A stretch of 64,000 nt of DNA from Antedon mediterranea (Eukaryota > Animalia > Echinodermata). Below the pieces are notes generated by a model. It searched no databases and had not been told where the DNA came from. It saw only the letters and a list, made by a program, of their open reading frames with translations. Below, piece by piece: positions 62,201 to 64,000 of the stretch (position 1 is the stretch's first letter; every line of letters begins with the position of its first letter). The DNA lies in NCBI RefSeq assembly GCF_964355755.1, contig NC_092670.1, forward strand, positions 33,530,388 to 33,594,387, in the 5' to 3' direction. The translations under genes and the position numbers were made by a program.

Positions 62201-63993
62201 TTTCATGAATCGTTTTAAAGCACTAAAGACAACCATTATTATATTCAGCATATAGCAACATTCAAAATACTGTTTTACCAAGAAATGTTCACAATGTGTT
62301 CGCCTATATTGTAAGCCTGTTTTCCTGTCGATTGTTAAGTTGCATTGAATGGCCAGATTCAACAATTTTACAGGAAAAGGGGGTAAAAAATCAACGTTAC
62401 ATGGCATTAAAATCTGAAAAGTTGAAGTTCAACTTTAACGTTCTATTTATATATATTAGCGGTCTAACTCGATCATTGTCATTGCTATTTTAATTTTAAC
62501 TTTAACGATTTTAAACTTAATGCAACTTAACATCGACAGGAAAACAGGCTTAATAGCTGCTATATCTAAATTAAGCATTATTTATATATACACTAGATAA
62601 AGCAGATTACCTACAGTAGTTTTTATATGATATATAAAACATTTTTTATTATGGATTCAGCTGCTTGGATCATGTGCTTCCCCCTTTCCTCAGTTGGATA
62701 AAAGTACAGGAAAACTTAACTTAAAAAATTAAGCATAATTTATATATACACGAGATAAAGCAAATTACCTACAGTAGTAGTAGTGTTTATATGGATTTTT
62801 ATTTTTTATTATGGATTCACCTGCTTGGAGCATGTGCTTCCCCCTTTCCTCAGTTGGATAAAATTATTATTGAACAAACTATTATTATTACATGTTATGT
62901 TTCTGGATTTGCCCCTTGAATAATTATTATGGTGTGTGTTTTTTGTTTTCGTTTTTATATTAGCTTGGTGGGTTTATGTTGCCTTTCGTAGCCATTGGAG
63001 GATTTTCCATGATTTTATCGTTATGCTTATTTTTCATCTTACCAGCTGATAATCGTAGGTATAGTATTATGTACAGTATGCAGATATTCTTAAGTTCTAT
63101 ACTGCATTTTTTTTTTAGTTTGTTGAGATTATGTTTTATTTCTTGGAATTGTATATTTTGTTTTGGGCAAAACAAATAATTTTTGCATTCCAGATTTATC
63201 TGAGCAGAAAACAGGTTCTTTTATCCACCTAATGAGTATCCCTGGAACGTGGGTAGTCGTTTTTAGCCTTTTTATTGGGGCAGCAGCGCTAACATTTATG
63301 GAACCTACTCTCTCAACTGAACTACAACAGGTTGGAGTCATAAATTGTTTTTAATTGTTGACATATTAAATGAAATAAACATTATAATGTGTACAAAAAA
63401 GTAAATAACATAATTATTTGAATAAACGGGGACCCCTAGACATGAACAAAATGCAAAACAATTGATAAAATGAAGTGATAAAATACAGTACAAAATAAAA
63501 ATGCTTGGTAAATTTTAGATCATCAATTAAATAGTCAATGAATTCTTGGATAGAAATATGCCTTTTTCACCTTAACTGCTGTGAATTCTGTTACGATGAG
63601 CTCTCAGATGAGAGGTGAACGAGTGCTCTAGTACGGAGCGGTGTAAATGGTTCCACTGCTTCTTCATTTTTGTTATCTTAGGATATTTAATGGATCAATT
63701 TAGTGTGTAAAGCAACATTGTATTAGGCGCTACCTGTATATGAGACTACCATTATTTTATATTAATATTTAATCACTTTTTGTATATATAAACAATGTTT
63801 AGTATAACTTGACACCTACACAAGTTGGCCTTGTCTTTCTGTTGATGGGTTTGGGATACACAATATCGGCACCAATAGTTGGCTGGATAGCTGATAAACG
63901 TCAGAACACGCGTACTCTACTTTCATTTGGTTACATTTTAGCTGGGATATCATACCTCATAGCAGGCCCATGGCCCGTTCTTCATTTACCAAA
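59290..63993 (+). CDS. SLC18B1: SLC18B1-like MFS transporter, copy E (exons 1-8; continues beyond the window)
   Basis: Exons 59290-59535, 59944-60039, 60506-60579, 60832-60979, 61972-62040, 62964-63054, 63194-63330, 63803-63993; same exon sizes and phases as copies B-D. Confidence 0.88.
61203..61908. repeat. 12-bp minisatellite (TTARGTCTCCCT) split by a ~420-bp insertion with an (ATTG)n tail
   Basis: Arrays at ~61203-61370 and ~61790-61908; the intervening segment ends AATAAA...(ATTG)n like a LINE 3' end. Confidence 0.8.
62312..62552. mobile_element. MITE with ~34-bp TIRs
   Basis: TAAGCCTGTTTTCCTGTCGAT(T)GTTAAGTTGCATT mirrored by AATGCAACTTAACATCGACAGGAAAACAGGCTTA. Confidence 0.85.
62568..62863. 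repeat. ~140-bp tandem duplication
   Basis: AAATTAAGCAT...CATGTGCTTCCCCCTTTCCTCAGTTGGATAAAA at ~62568-62703 and ~62726-62863. Confidence 0.9.
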
Positions 63994-64000
63994 GTAAGTC

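Overview
AT-rich, intron-rich animal genomic DNA, probably from a marine invertebrate (taxon not determinable from the sequence). The window holds a tandem array of five SLC18B1-like MFS vesicular transporter paralogues on the + strand: one pseudogene, three complete genes and one running off the right edge, all with the same internal exon sizes. An intron of the pseudogene carries a complete 15,392-bp Polinton/Maverick (adintovirus-like) element at 2192-17583, with ~400-bp imperfect TIRs and a 6-bp TATGAA target-site duplication; the empty site is visible in a paralogue at 39751. The element has open frames for the full core set: protein-primed PolB, chromodomain integrase, major and minor capsid proteins, adenain-like protease, packaging ATPase and small core-like proteins. 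It also carries a tandem-PC4 protein and a Bcl-2-like gene. Reading by hand suggests structure the ORF track misses: PolB is a 3-exon gene (~1427 aa), and the Bcl-2-like gene is spliced, with its hydrophobic tail lying beyond a UGA-CUAG readthrough-type stop. Introns and intergenic DNA contain LINE remnants (one nested), two non-autonomous Helitrons, MITEs and tandem repeats. All homology calls come from motif recognition by eye; no searches were run.
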